A DNA stretch of 64,000 nt, taken from the NCBI GenBank assembly GCA_050084985.1, contig JBITNC010000001.1:37014001-37078000 (forward strand). Reading direction: 5' to 3'. Source of the DNA: Nageia nagi. Taxonomy: Eukaryota > Plantae > Pinophyta. Position 1 is the stretch's first letter, and every line of letters starts with the position of its first letter. Below are positions 40,106 to 54,419 of this stretch, in pieces. Made by a program: the position numbers and the translations under genes. The notes under the pieces are model-generated. The model did not search any database. It was not told where the DNA came from and was given only the letters and a program-made list of their open reading frames with translations.

Positions 40106-42118
40106 TGTTGATTGACCTAATATAATAGATTAATTATGCTCATTTAACCAACATAAATCTTGGATTTTAAGTTTAAGAGATACAAATATAAGATTTATAA
40201 ATGTATAAGGCTAAACAAGATGAACTAGCACCATCATGGGCATCAAAGGATTTCTAATCCTTTGGTATAAATAGTATTCAAAATTCATAGCAATAGGTAG
40301 TCTTAGTTTCTTATACTACTAAAATGATTATAGTACCTAAAAACCTTAGTCAAATCCATTCATTAATTCCTTCCCAGGAGGTGCACAACTATTAGTAATA
40401 ACCCTAGAGAGATAAATATTTCATACACAATCCAAGAGGGTAAACAGTACGAGCTCATCATTCCAAAATATAAATAGTAATATTTAGAGGGAAATATTTA
40501 ATACAAATATTTAATATTAGATTTAGTATAGGTCACTTGTATTTATGATAAAATTTAAAAGGGCCAATATGGCTTCACTATGTACTAAATTAATTACAAA
40601 CTATGAGTTGTATCAGCTCATTTATTACAAATTAAGATATATAGATCTTTCTAAGAGATATTTACATATGTAAAGTCTTCTAAATCAAATCTTGAGAAAA
40701 TTGGATTGATCAAGAGTTACAAAATGAGAAGAATCCCCTTATCCTCTTGATATAATTTTATCCTTGAGGTTATGAGTCATTCCTTGAAGTTTATAATCAT
40801 AAATTCCTTGAACACCATGCTACTAACTAATATTTGATTATGATTAAGGTTCGCTATGATCAAATGACATGTCTATAGGTGGAAGTTCTTTGGATCTGAT
40901 TGCCTTAAGATTTATTGTAGCTGATATGATAATGTTTATCCCTTCCCTATGATTATCCTCTCTTAAGGAATATTATTGCAAGAGTTATTACCTTGATTCA
41001 TGACCCAACCATCAACTTTTGAATGTCAAGTTTATGCTAGTTAGCTTCCTGATAACCTTATCTCTTTAATCCTTTGATGCTAACTTTATATTTAAGGTTG
41101 TTTAATGGTATGAAGCTTTTTTATACTTAATTCTTGAATTTAGATTGAATTAACATCCTCCATGATAAAATTTACATCAATTTTAGGTGTTGAAGATGAA
41201 TCCATAATGTATTTTACAACAATCCATAATGCAAAGATGATGTGATGATGTAGGCACTTTCTAGGGTATGGATTTAGTCTTTTGGGATACATGATAGCTT
41301 CTTGGGGATCCTTAATGCATTCCTTTTAGATGATATAGGGTGCAAAGTCTTTGAATTTATAGTTAGAATTTTGAATAATGAAGGGACACAAGGCATCATA
41401 TGATAAGATTTTGAAGTGTATGCCTTTTGGTGGATGAACTTGCATTATAGAGTAAGCTTTTGAATGAATCTAGGATGTGGAGACACCATGATGACATAAG
41501 CCTTCTCTAGGGTGTAGAGTTTTTTACTTTCATACTTTTTCTAAAGTGTGGAGTTGACATAGTGATATCAATTTATTCCAGAATGTAAATTTATTTATTT
41601 TTCATATTTTTCTAGAGTACAAAGTTAACATAGTGATGTCAACTTCCATAATATAGATGTTCTATTATTTGAATATGGAAATGCCCTTATTTTGTTACAA
41701 CATAATGAAAAATTGGTTGATGACATCATAGGAATATAAAGTGTAGATTTTGGTTCATTCTAAGCTCAAACTAAGATAATTTTCTTCATTTTGAGGTGCA
41801 AAGATAATGTTGATGATGTCACTAGTTCTAAAATATGGATTATGCCTAAGTTACATTCAAAAGTTACAAAGAAGCAAAACTAATAAAATAATATCTGGAT
41901 AGTTTAATATAAGTGCAGATTAAGAAATCTAGACACTTAATACTTAACAATATAGAGTAAACTTATGCATCTGATCATAAATTTGAATAATATTATTCAT
42001 CCTTGAATAAAAAAATGGAATCAAAATATAATCATATTCATACACGAAATTAGAGCCAAAATAAACATAATCATTGGATTTTTTAATTAAAAACATTATG
42101 TACAAAATTATATCTACA
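40106..42118 (-). repeat. Putative LTR of element F (~2.0 kb)
   Basis: TG...CA termini and short internal repeats at 41500-41650; no partner LTR in the window. Confidence 0.55.
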
Positions 42119-42399
42119 TTTTGGTAGCTCTAAGGGATTTTTGGTAACAAAATTTAGAATCCAAACCTAAAACAAATATCTTATCCTTGGGTATCAGAGT
42201 GATCCCTTAACAAAATGGTTTTAAAATTAGCCCATTCTTGGTCTAATCCACTATACTTCTTGAATTTTGCCATATCCCTATGTATAATTATCATGCTATT
42301 TACAATAAAAAATGAAATATTATTATGCTCCTTAGAAAATTACTTAATTACTAACTATAAAAAGATCAAATTAAAAAAGTACTAAAGAAACTTATCATG

Positions 42400-45300
42400 A
42401 TCAAATTCCTTATGCTAGCTATCAAACTTAGATGCATTCTTTCTAATCACCTCCATCTTTTACTTTCTTTATTCTTCTATCAAAGGAGTAGAGTCCTACA
42501 AAAATTTTGGAATTCCTAAAGCCTGAAGCTCTTAAAATTTTTCCTAAAACCTTCCTCAAGGTATGCATTTATCTGCAATCCATATCTAGGATCTTCTTCG
42601 TAGTGCTCAAATTCTCCTTAACCAAATCCTCATATGAAATAACTTAAAGATTTACAATTATGGCTTGAGCCTCATCCTTTATTACATTTATCAAGGCCTT
42701 GGTCTATGAGATATTGGCCAAGATGTTGTTAATGTACTTATGACATCAAGTGATATAGTTGTAGATAGGGAATTGTATCTTAATTTTCATAAAAATCACT
42801 TCCTACAACTTGCTCTTAAGCATAACCAAGGTATATTTATTGAAATTTGTATTATCCTTTACCTTATGCAAGTGATATGTAAGTTTCTTTACTTGATATT
42901 CAAGCTATTTTATTTTAGACTTATAATTTTGTAGCTCAATGTTCTTGTCTTTGAGGGTTGCCTCTTTACCTTTTAATTGGGCATCCATCTTGGTTATTTT
43001 TACATTTTTTTTATCTTCAACTTTGCATCTTTTATCTTCAACTCTACATCTCGTCCTTTCAATAGGGTATCCTTCTAGGCCATTTATTTCTTATGACTAG
43101 CTAGGTCCTTTTCAATATCAAAAAAGTTCTTATCCAATTTTTCTTTTGCTATATATTTCTAATTTCTTTCTTTACTACTACCAACACTTTATCTTTATAT
43201 TTAACTTACTCTATTGCAGGAGTAAGATCTTTATATTTTATTACAAAGTGCCTTTACTCAAGATTTGGATATATGATCATTTAATATTTTGATATCATTT
43301 TTTAAACCCTTCACCTCCTTTGTAAGGATGTTAGCCTTATTTTCAAACATTTTTTTATCTTTTTAGTTTCCTTACTTAACTACGTAATGAGACTAGTTGC
43401 ATTAGAAATAATAATAGAGATGGACTAAAACATCAAATTGTTTCTATATTGTTGTGGTAGGAGGCTTATGTTAACATTTCTTATTTCTTCCAAGATATAA
43501 GAATGTATGAAGGTAGGTGTGACAACTGAAGTTTGTACATACTTCATCATCTAAGCAATTGGATCATAATGGGTAAAAATCCTATGAATATCAATTTTGG
43601 AATCAAAGGTAGAAGCCCCATCAATGTCTAATATGGATGCATGATTTATAGGATTGAAACTTATTAATAATGAAGATAATTACATAGGTTTTCATTGTAT
43701 AGAAACTAAGGTTATCCTAATAGGTTTTATTTGTTGTACAAGTGCTAAAGAAGTGGCAACAAAAGTTGTAGTATGCATTACCATTTAAGAGGGTGGGAGA
43801 CGATGGAAGGAGGAATTACATATAAAAATGAAGTATGGAACTAGTGTACAATATTGGGAAAGTGATAGAAATAATAGAAGATGAAGTAATAGATAGAATT
43901 TGAGTGGAAGTATTTATGCTTACTAGAATTAGTTGGGGAGTTTATGATGAAGAGATTGAAGTAGCTATAATAGAAATTGATAATGGATTTGAAGTAAGAG
44001 TTTGTACCAGAGTCATGGAAACTTGTTCACATTTCTTATATAGATTTCTTTTATAAATTATTTGGCATTTTGTCTTAGGAAGAGGGTCATTCAATCTTAC
44101 TTCAAGTTGGTTATTAATTGGTCTAAAAGACCCAAAACTAGGTTTTGATTGAGCCTATTATAGATAAAAACCTTTCTCTATTTTTTTAATACCTGCTAAT
44201 GCCTCTTATGAATATTTTCAAGGGTAGTAAGTAAGAGAAGCCTATCCACATAAAAATCCTCTTCTTCAAAGCTAAAATCCTTTTCTTTAGCATAATATTC
44301 ATCATATTTCTTTAAAAATTCATAATCATAAGAATTTGTTGCATTATGTAGATTACCCTTCTTAGCTCTAAATATTAAAAGGCCATTTTCTTGGCCTCAC
44401 TCCATCATTTCTTTATATTGAGATTCTTGGTAGTAGCTTTGTACAACTTATCCCTTATTTCATCATAATTATACTTCTTTATGAAGAAAGTTCTCCACAA
44501 GGCATCCTTAGAATAAGTTTCCTATGTGACCATCTTCTTTATATCTAGATTGAGCAACTCAACCAAAATGATATTATCTATAGCATAATTTCTAAAACTC
44601 TCAAACCACTTGTCTTTATGTTGATGGAAAGCAGTTGGGTTTCCTTAATTATTTTTCCTTAAACAAGATACCGTTATGTCATCTAAGTTATAATGATAGG
44701 TCACATTTACAATGATCAATACTAACTTCTCTAATATTTTTGTAAGCTTGGAAGCATGCTTCTTCATTTTAAAAATAAAACTCTCAAAGGTCTAAAAACT
44801 AATATAAATACTTATTTTCTTCTTTTTAGACCTAAAATTTTCATCCATCTCATCAAGCTACCTAAAAAAATCAACCACAAATAATCTAAGACATTATAAG
44901 GGAGAAAATAAAGCTTCCTTGGGAATCCATACAATTTGAGGAATATTCCATACCCTACCAAATAGTTCACCTAATTCTAAATTAGGAATTCTAATTTTGT
45001 TCATCACCTATTGGCTAAATATTGGAATAAATTTCCCTTCAATGTGTATTAAAGTAGGGAAAAGGAAATTTACCACAAATAGGGAGTACGAGGAGGAATA
45101 TCTCAACTCAACCATCCAATAGTTTATATATAAAGGATTTCCTTCCTTATCATGTTTTTGAGTATGGATGACTTCGAAGACATTTATATTTTTGTAACAG
45201 AAAAGCTATACAATAAATGATACATAAGGAAATATCTTTGAATATTTCAAATATCTAGAGGAATCAATAATTTTGTGGGAGAGGAATAATGGCCAATCAA

Positions 45301-45400
45301 AGTAAATTAGGGTTTTATCTTGGGAGATTGCATAAGTAGTGGCCATTTATTCAAACATGACCTCTTTATTAGTAGCATAGCTAACAAGCATGGCCAATGT
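42400..45400 (-). pseudogene. Decayed accessory ORF of element F (unknown function)
   Basis: Manual translation gives IYFDWPLFLSHKIIDS..IFPYVSFIV*LFCY and KLYGFPRKLYFLPYNVLDY, an S/T/P-rich middle (43750-44030), and a coiled-coil-like AKEKLDKNFFDIEKDLASHKK..VELKIKDAKLK. Confidence 0.55.
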
Positions 45401-45520
45401 AGGAAAGAGGTTCTTAAATGATCATTAAAGGTTTGAAATATAGGACTAATAGGAAGAGTTTCTAAGGTAAAACTTGCATGAATTTGGAGGAAGGGAAGGA
45501 TTAAAACCCTATAATTCTTT

Positions 45521-46344
45521 TATTGATACCTAAAAGTGGTCCCCTTAACACGGTCCCACTTAGGTAAAAAATTACATACATATCTTAATCACATTTAGTT
45601 GCATTTAATCATATTTTGCTTTATTATCACATATTTCTTAGGTTGTATTTTTATATTTTATATTAGGTACATTAGGATGACTTCAACTAGTATTCAAGGG
45701 GTCAAATGATCATATTATGTGTAATATAAATGTAAGTATCTTTAACTTGGAGAAACAATATCAAGATTATATCCTGATAGCTGGTACCCTACTCTTATGT
45801 GTTTCTAAATGTTGCCTATTAAGATTGAAATCTTATTACCACTTAATATAATATCTATCATCCATCTTCATGATCATATGTTCAGTTTGACTTTTTGTTA
45901 TCTTCATTATCATTGATACTTATTAGTAAGCCTCATTTAATCAAAACACTAATGCCCATGCTAATGTGCACACCTGCATTGAGCTTTAGGATACTAATGT
46001 TTACATTGGTGTTTCTTCTATAGGTTTTCCTAGGGTTCATGCATTAAGGTCACCGTTCTTCGACAAGTTCATCCGTCAATATCCTCAACCTCAACACAAG
46101 CAAGTATACATAGGTATTTATCTTATACTTGATTCCTCTCTTTTTAGTGCACACAACTCATTTTATGTCTTGAAATCAATGCAATTTTATTATTCTATTA
46201 CTACAATACTATACTTTTGTTATCTTCCCTTATTCATGTATGTTTATTTTAGTTAAATAGCTTAGATAATTCATAATTAAATGTTTATGTGTATTTAGTT
46301 CATTTAGGATAAAACCCTAGGTGATACCAAAATATATATCAACA
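45521..46344 (+). repeat. Element G 5' LTR
   Basis: TATTGATACC...ATCAACA; homologous to the split LTR of A. Confidence 0.82.
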
Positions 46345-46487
46345 TATTGGTGCCCACTTTTTATAGTATTTTATTTATCTTAAATAAGGTTATAATATAA
46401 AGAGCTCTCAAACCTACTCATCTCTTTTCATTAGGAACCCTAAGGTTCTTGGTTCTATTTGATCAATAATTTTATGAGTGTTATAGA

Positions 46488-47700
46488 ATGGTGTGCATAA
46501 ATCTCAAAGTCTTGACTAGATTAATGGAAATACTTGAGTTTCAAGCCCTTATCATGAAAGCATCTAATAATGTAGCTCAAATTAATAATCAAACCAACAT
46601 TAATACCCACATCAATATGGATGCTGACATTAGTGCTAATGCTAACAATAGCATTAATGCTAGGAATAACACATCCAATTTAGAAACCTTCATGAACAAA
46701 GAATTTAGACATCTTAAGTATCAAGTTGTAAAGCTTGGAAACAATTTTGGAGTCAATTTAGATTATACATAGAATAAGGATAACCCATTGAGCATGGAGA
46801 TTCCCAATACACTCCTTGTTGGCATAGATAAGGATTTTAATTATGAAAAATTCAATGGTGAGACTGATCCTAATACACATATTTAAGGTTTTGAGTATAT
46901 TATATAACTCAAATGTGGGGTTAAATATCATTTAAAACCAAAATAGTTTTATATGATTTTAATCAATGATGCTTGAAAGTGGTTTCATAGCTTACAACTA
47001 GGTTCTATATCATCATATCAGCTATTAAAAGATCAATTCAAATCTCATTTTAGATGCAACATCAAGAAATCATTTGATTTAATATATTTTATCAATTTTA
47101 ATAAAGGATAAATGGAAATTTTGGACAAGTTTTCCCATAGATTCATGAAGCTTTGAAGATCTATTGAATAAAAGGTGGAATAACACTTCATTTCAAAGGT
47201 ATTTCTTGATAACATCAATCCTATTCTCGGTGAAAAAGCAAGTCATCATGTTAATGGTTCATTTATTCATATGGTTCATTTAGTTATTAATAAAAAGGAA
47301 TTCTTATTAAGGTACACATATTTCTCCTCAAACAAAGATAATAGTAGGAAATCCTATAAAAAGGATGATACTTTAGTTAATGCAGTAGGACCATCTAACC
47401 AAGACAAATTGAAAGATAGGGAATTATCCAAAGAATTATATCCATTGTTGTTATTTTCCTAATCAAATATTTGAATAATGTTTAGATAAAGGTCTAATAA
47501 AAAACATTCAAGGAAAAAATATGGACCTAATGATGAAAATCCTAGTTGGTATAGAGATAATCTATTTTGCAAATATTATCAAATGAAAGGGTATAATATG
47601 ATAGGTTATTATGTTTCGAGAAATAAATTTAAATACTTGTTGTATAATGGTATAGTATAATATGAAAATGATATACTTAAAGTCAAATATAAACTCCTAC
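46488..47700 (+). pseudogene. gag: Element G gag
   Basis: YEKFNGETDPNTHI, A*KWFHSLQLGSISSYQLLKDQFKSHF, knuckle PSWYRDNLFCKYY. Confidence 0.8.
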
Positions 47701-48149
47701 CTTTCATGGATATTATGAATATGATTTTCTATGATGAGAATGCTGAATCTAAAGAGTTTGATGATGAATTCAGTATAAAAGAAGAATCAAATGTAGGTTT
47801 AGATATGGAATAAACATGAAATGTAACCACAAAATCAAAAACATTATTCCTAACCCAATTTATACTACAAAAGAGGTACCTTCTAAACCATATCTTAAAG
47901 AAAATAAGAATGAATAATGTAAAAAAAATATTCTATAAAATCTAACGAACACAAATGCTAACATTAGTTTGCTTGATTTATTTGAAACTTATGAAGAGCA
48001 TAGAATGGCATTATTCAAAATCCTTAGTCACATTGATGTTGATATAGATATTTCTACTAAATTATTGGTAGGAATAATTATCTACTTTAATAATGCTATC
48101 ACATTTACTGAATATGAGATTCCTAGCAATGATATCATTGATAAATGCT

Positions 48150-48460
48150 TGCCAATCCACATGTGTAACATTACTAGGAAAAATAATCAAGCATGCGTTT
48201 GTAAATGGTGGTGTAGGTTTCAATATTTGCTCCATTGAATTCCTTAAGAAGTTTGGTAACAAATTAATGCCAAAGTTTGTATGAAATAAGTACAAGATTA
48301 CATGTTATGAAAGTGATACCAAATTATGTGCTGGGGACATCATGCTACCTATCCAATTGGGACCCAAGATAGTGGAGGTTATGATTTATGTGCTAAATAA
48401 GAAGATTCCTTATAATATTATCCTTGGAATACCATGGATACATCCAATTAGGTGAGTAAG
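48150..48460 (+). pseudogene. pol: Element G protease
   Basis: KHAFVNGGVGFNICS..LPIQLGPK..PYNIILGIPWIH. Confidence 0.75.
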
Positions 48461-49736
48461 ATATAATTTACATATATTGATTACATTTAACCATGATGGA
48501 TAAGAATATGTAGTTGAAGCAATGGAAGAAAATTTGAACATGAGGATAATGATGAAGATAGTGAGGAAGATGAAGAATACAATGATACAATATAGTTATA
48601 TAAATAAATAGTTGTTGCACATACACTATTAATTAGAAGGTTATTAAAGAGGATATAATACATATAAAAAGATATCAAAAAGCAAAGGATAACCAATGTC
48701 GACACCAACATCAACACCTAAACATTGACATTGCCCTCATTATTGCAAATGGAGTTAGGATCAGTCAAAATTCAAAGATGATGATATAAATATGATATTG
48801 TATAATAGTAACACTTTTGAGTTTGAGTTAGAATCAAATATAGATAATAATAAGGTTTCAACCTATGTAAAAGTTAATAAAAAGATAAGATCAATGAGCT
48901 ATCATGCACCATTGATACCTCAATACATAGAATCTAGATGGTACAAGGATAAATAAATTGGATGAAATGAATAGCGAATTGAAGAGTTAACTACAAATAT
49001 GTTTGAATAAAATAAAGGAAAGAGTGGCCTAGGATCAAATAGGGCAAGTTAGAGAAATTTGGTCTCATACAATAGTGATGAAGACTCAGAATCATAATCA
49101 AATATGCAGTAAGTTAATATGATTAAGTTAGCGATAAACATCAAGGAAAAATTATGTAAGTATCATGCCCATTATACTCTTAGCAATCATACTAAGCTCA
49201 ATGCTCATGCTATAGAAAAAAATTGTAATTTCTCTTATACCATGCTTGATAAGGTCATTTCTAAATTTGTTAATGTGTTTAAAATGGATGATGCACTTTT
49301 GCACATGTTGGGGGCATGATCAAAGTTCAAACCATTCCATCCCAAGAGGTAAGGCAAGGTTGCTTATCATCTTGATGCTTAATTTAGAGAGGATATGGAG
49401 TACATATAAGGATTGGAGGCATTACCTAAGCTTTATTAACTTGGTGATGAGATACCATGGTTAAATGAGCCTCTTATTAAGATACATTGGTACATAAGAG
49501 GTACCAAGGATTATTCAAATTGGAACAAGAATCATTAGGGAAGATAAGCAAGCTTATCAATAGTTCTTGATAGAGTTCAAGGATATATTTTCTTTAGAAT
49601 ACAATTATATGAAAAGATTAGATCCATCTTTTATGAATCATAACCTAGTAGTACAAGAAGGTGCTAAGCCTATACAACTGAAAGGAGACCAATCCATCCA
49701 ACGTATTCCCTCCTAGTCAAGAAAGAAATTCACAAG

Positions 49737-51615
49737 TTATTATTCTTACAAAATTACATTTTGAAATGGTAATATTATTTACATTCATTATTCTTTCATT
49801 CATTCATTTTTTTTCTCAATAAAACCCTTTCTATGATTCCCACATCTTATTCATTTTTCTTCTACTTATAAATACTTATACAAAATTTAGTCCTTACTTT
49901 ACATTGTATATAATTAGTCTTTTTCTTAAGAGTCTTAGATTATATGTGCTCTTAGTTAGGATGTAGTTTGTTTAAGTAAGTTTGAGTCATATTTGTATTA
50001 TCAAATCTTAGTCTATAAAATGTTATTCAAAATCATCATTTTGCTATAATGTAGGTGTTGTTTGTACATAATTGAATGAGTCACATCCAAGAGATATGTA
50101 TAAGTCATAGGATGACGAGTATCCATTTTGTAAAATTTGCTAAGTTATTTCTATTTCTAGGAATTATTATATATAATTTGTTTATTCATCTAAGTTATGT
50201 TTGGGCTTTATCTTAAGTCTAGTTACTTAGGTTTTGGTATGATATAGTTTAGGTGTTATTTTTAGGTACCATTTTACATAATTGTTAGTTTTGGTTAATT
50301 CAAGTAATGAAAATTATCACATGAGTCAAATGAAGTAGAACCTTTAAAAATTCAAAGGTGATATCATAATTTTAAGTGGAAATCAATGGGCCTCAAATGA
50401 CTTAATTAGTGGGTGGTCCTAAAAGTTCTCCAAGGTGAGCGATGTTCATGACTCTATATTTAGTATACCTTGTCAATTTTGAGCAATGATATCATAATTT
50501 TTTGGAGAAATCAACAAGCAATAAGCATCTTAGGTTTTAACAATACCTATAAATCTATAATAATACCCACTAGAGGCAAGAAGAGACTATAAGAAGAGGT
50601 GAACATCTGATTCCACTTAATTAAGAGTGTATGATCCTTGGGACTTTGCCAACATATTGACTATTACTCATTTCCACATGGTAGTAGTAGTTCACTCTTA
50701 GGTTTGAATGATTACATCTTCCTTCACACTTATAGTAGTTAGCATAAAAAATGTAGAGTAAACATTTAATGATTACAAAGGGTTGGTAGGTCACCAACTA
50801 ATAAATTAGCTTAATTGTACATATAGAGATGGCACACCATACCTCATAAATACAATAATGGTTCATATGTGCCATGGTTAAGAGACAAAGGATGATTGAT
50901 TATGATTGGATTGGTACATGATTGAAGGTCTATAAATTCTAAGAATAGGCATTACATCAAGACCATAATCAATTACAATTATAGATTCATATGTACAAAT
51001 TGTAAATATTTAGTTTCATTTAGTTTTTAGATAAAATAGGTAGTTGTAGATATTAGTGGTGGGCAACTACCCATTTTGTAAAAAAAAAATTATAAATAGT
51101 GGACTATTCGATGTCCAAAAGGTTAAACATTTTAGCAAAGTTACCTAGTGTAAGAAGTATTTTCATATATGATAATATAATGCTATGGTATTTTTCCCTT
51201 TGAATTTTGTGGCTATTATCTTATTTTGTAGTTGTTGTGTATGAAGATTTGTCTAAATCTAGGGTTGTGTATTATGAATGTGACATCCCAAGAGTGAGGT
51301 AGTTATGCTATTCTTAATCTTGGCTATGTATTACTTCCTATGTAGTGATTTCTAGGCTGATTATTTTAGTTTTCATTCCTCATTCAGTAATTTAGGTTTT
51401 AATCTCTTTCCTATTACTCTTGACATCTTTTATTTCTTTCTTATTACTTTTAACCTTTTTCATAAATAGAAACTGACCTACAAACTAGAGATTGAGTAGA
51501 AAATCCCCTCAAGTGCACTAGCCCATCAATTTCTACTTATTCAACAACCCTACTATTATTAGGAAATGGATAATTTACCAAACTAAACATTTAGGTTACA
51601 TTATATTGATCAATG
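49737..51615 (+). repeat. Element D 5' LTR (~1.9 kb, left end approximate)
   Basis: Inverted homolog of 55295-57168 (shared ATTGAGTAGAAAATCCC and AGGTTACATTATA). Confidence 0.8.
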
Positions 51616-51799
51616 TTCATTTTTGGTATGCTTAGTGGGATGCAACCAAAGATCCAAATCATTTGGGCATGAATAGGCTAGATAGCCATGTATAATAGGA
51701 TATCACCCTTATGCTTCAAAAATTATAAGGTTTATTTTAACCTTATTGGAAAATTTGCTATCATACCAATCATATTTTTGAAACCTAACACCTCTAATA

Positions 51800-53640
51800 T
51801 GTAGATTTACTAGAAGTGGTGCGAGAGATTCTTCTCAATAACTTAGATTTCAAGAGCTATAAATTCCTTAAAAGAGGACTAAGTGAAGGATTTGTTGGAA
51901 TTTTTCCCCTAAAATTCCTCTAAGAGATATTCCCTTAACATTTTTGTTTGAATCTATCCTACAAAATCCTTCACTTGACACAACTGGTCCAAACATGGCT
52001 CAACCTACATCCATAGATTTTTCTACTTGGAATAATAGCCATCCATTAGTAGTTCTTACCAATTCCTTGGCTATTCCTCAAGTAGCCTTTAAATATTTGC
52101 CTAAATATGATGGATCAATAAACATGCCTTATGAGCACTATCAATATGTATCTCTCCTAGCATCAAGTTTTGATATTATAGATGAGATAACCATGACTAG
52201 TTTGTTATCACATTCTTTTGAAGGAAAAGTAGTTGAATGGTTTAGAACTATGACCCCTTAGTCTATAAACAATTGGGGAGAGTTATGTTAAGATTTAATC
52301 AAAATATTTGTTAAATATGGTGATGATAGTACCTTTTTGATCCTTATATCATGTATTAAAAGATATCCACATAAGTCTATAGATGATTTCAATATAAGAT
52401 TTGAGAAAACTTGGAAGTCCATTCTAGTAAGGATCAAACTAACCAATGCTCAATAATTGGTATACTATAGGAAAGAATTTCACTCAGATTTGAATGTGTT
52501 AATTATTATGTCTAGGGATACTTTCCCATATATTTATTAGATAACCAAAAATACTAAACATACCTTAGTGTCTTCTAGAAAAATGCAACCAAAATAAATT
52601 ATGCCCTTATTTCCTAATTTACCTCCAAAATAAGATCTATTATAGATTCCTCATCCAAGAGTGTTAGCTTTACCACCTCCTCCTCCTAAACCTATGGCTC
52701 AAAACCAAGTACCAACACTTCCAAATCTTGCATCTACAAGTACAATTAATGGTTCTAACTCATAAGAGGGTGAGAGGATAATCTAATTCGAGATAACCAT
52801 TAGGAACTTGAAAAGTAAGCTCACTTTATAAGAGAGGTAGAATCAAGGCTTCAATTTTAGAAGGAATGATAATAAATATAATCCAATATTCCATTCCAAA
52901 ATTAACCAACCAAAACAACATCCTGCTCCTAAAGCTATAGATAATACAATCATGGTTAGTTCTACAAAAAGTGATGCTTTGGGTGTTACAAATTGGTTTC
53001 CTCCTTGTTATGCTCCATATTTTCCAAAATAATGTGCATTATCCTAAAAATAATACTAGGCCTTAAATTCTAACCAAATGGTAGAACCTACATTAGATCT
53101 TGTTGTAGATGTTACCATGGTCAATTTTTTGATTTCAAGTAATGCTAGTGAACTATGTACAAACTAGATCTTCTACCGTAGCAACCCTACAATAGAACCA
53201 AGTTATTCAACAAAATTATCCATCTAATTTAGCTAAAATTGATCATAAGAGAGCTATAAATCCTATATTTCAACCACCAAATATAATAAACTAACTTCCA
53301 AATCATTTGGGTCAAGTTTCATAAGGCCCAGGTAATATTGCTCCTGCTACAAGAAACCCTGCTCATACTAGAAATGATATCCTAGAAAGAGAGAGACCTA
53401 ATCCAATAAGATATCTTATCATAACTAAATATTATAAGGATAAGGATAATCATTAATTCAAATCTTATGATACTACTAAAATAAGTAAGTTAGTCTCTTA
53501 TGTTTCATACAATATTGTGGAAGAATTTAAAAGAACACCTTATAAAATAATAATGTTTGATGCATTGAGAATTCCCAATCAAATTGACCTTTTGCAAGAT
53601 GATATGAAGCTAAAAAATAGTAAGAAGAAAAAGACTAATG
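51800..53640 (+). pseudogene. gag: Element D gag
   Basis: FKYLPKYDGS..LLSHSFEGKVVEWFRTM..SINNWGEL..SIDDFNIRFEK. Confidence 0.85.
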
Positions 53641-53734
53641 ACCATGGTTATCAAGTCACTAATATTGGCATGGGCAATTATTGCTTATATGAAAATTATT
53701 AGCCAATATCAGTCTTAGCTAAAACATAACATGA

Positions 53735-54296
53735 AGTATAGACAATGTTCTTTGATGGGCACATATGTAAATATGGTTGCAGTATTGGTATTATTTTCTA
53801 GTCACCTAAGAGATAAATGAGAAGGTTTCCATTTATATTCAAATGGATTTGCACCAATAATGCAGTTGAATATAAAGCTCACTATTTAGGGTTATCTAAA
53901 GCTATCAATATGGGTATTAAATGTCTAGCAGTCCATGGTGATTCTGAGCTAGTCATTAATCAAGTAAAAGATAATATTAGTGGAAAGAATAATTATCTAA
54001 AGACTTATAATAATAATTTATGGGACCTATTGGAATTATTTTTGATATTTAATTTAATTCCTATCCCTAGGAAGTATAATCAAATTATTGATGCACTTGT
54101 GGGAAAAGGAGCACATTTCAATCCTGGTCATCACAAGAGAAGTAGTTGTGATGTCAAATTTTTGTGTAGGCCATTTCTACCTAACATTATAATTTTTTGG
54201 AAAGTCTTTCACTTTAATTATCATATTATGAATTTTATGATAGATGAAGTAGTAGCTAATACCTTTGGTGTTATAGAACTCCCTTATTATTTTTAA
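53735..54296 (+). pseudogene. pol: Element D archaeal-type RNase H
   Basis: *TMFFDG, CTNNAVEYKAHYLGLSKA..VHGDSELVINQV..IPRKYNQIIDAL. Confidence 0.9.
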
Positions 54297-54419
54297 GAAT
54301 CAAATGTTATTAAACTGAGAAATAATGTTATACCCAAAGGTTTACTTTATTTTAAAGATTTATTTGACTCTAAAGATATTCATAGATAAAAAATAATTAT
54401 TTTTTAAAAGGAAAGTCAT

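Larger units (their letters stand above)
40106..45520 (-). mobile_element. Element F: LTR plus extra-ORF region of a Ty3/gypsy-like element, interrupted by G; orientation inferred
   Basis: TGTTGA at 40106 breaks the copia integrase. A ~2-kb segment ends TCTACA at 42118 and is followed by a long decayed minus-strand ORF. Confidence 0.55.
45521..49736 (+). mobile_element. Element G: Ty3/gypsy with tRNA-Lys PBS (same family as A), 5' part, interrupted at the start of RT
   Basis: LTR 45521-46344; PBS TGGTGCCCAC at 46348-46357; gag, PR and RT start VQEGAKPIQL..LVKKEIHKLL. Confidence 0.85.
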
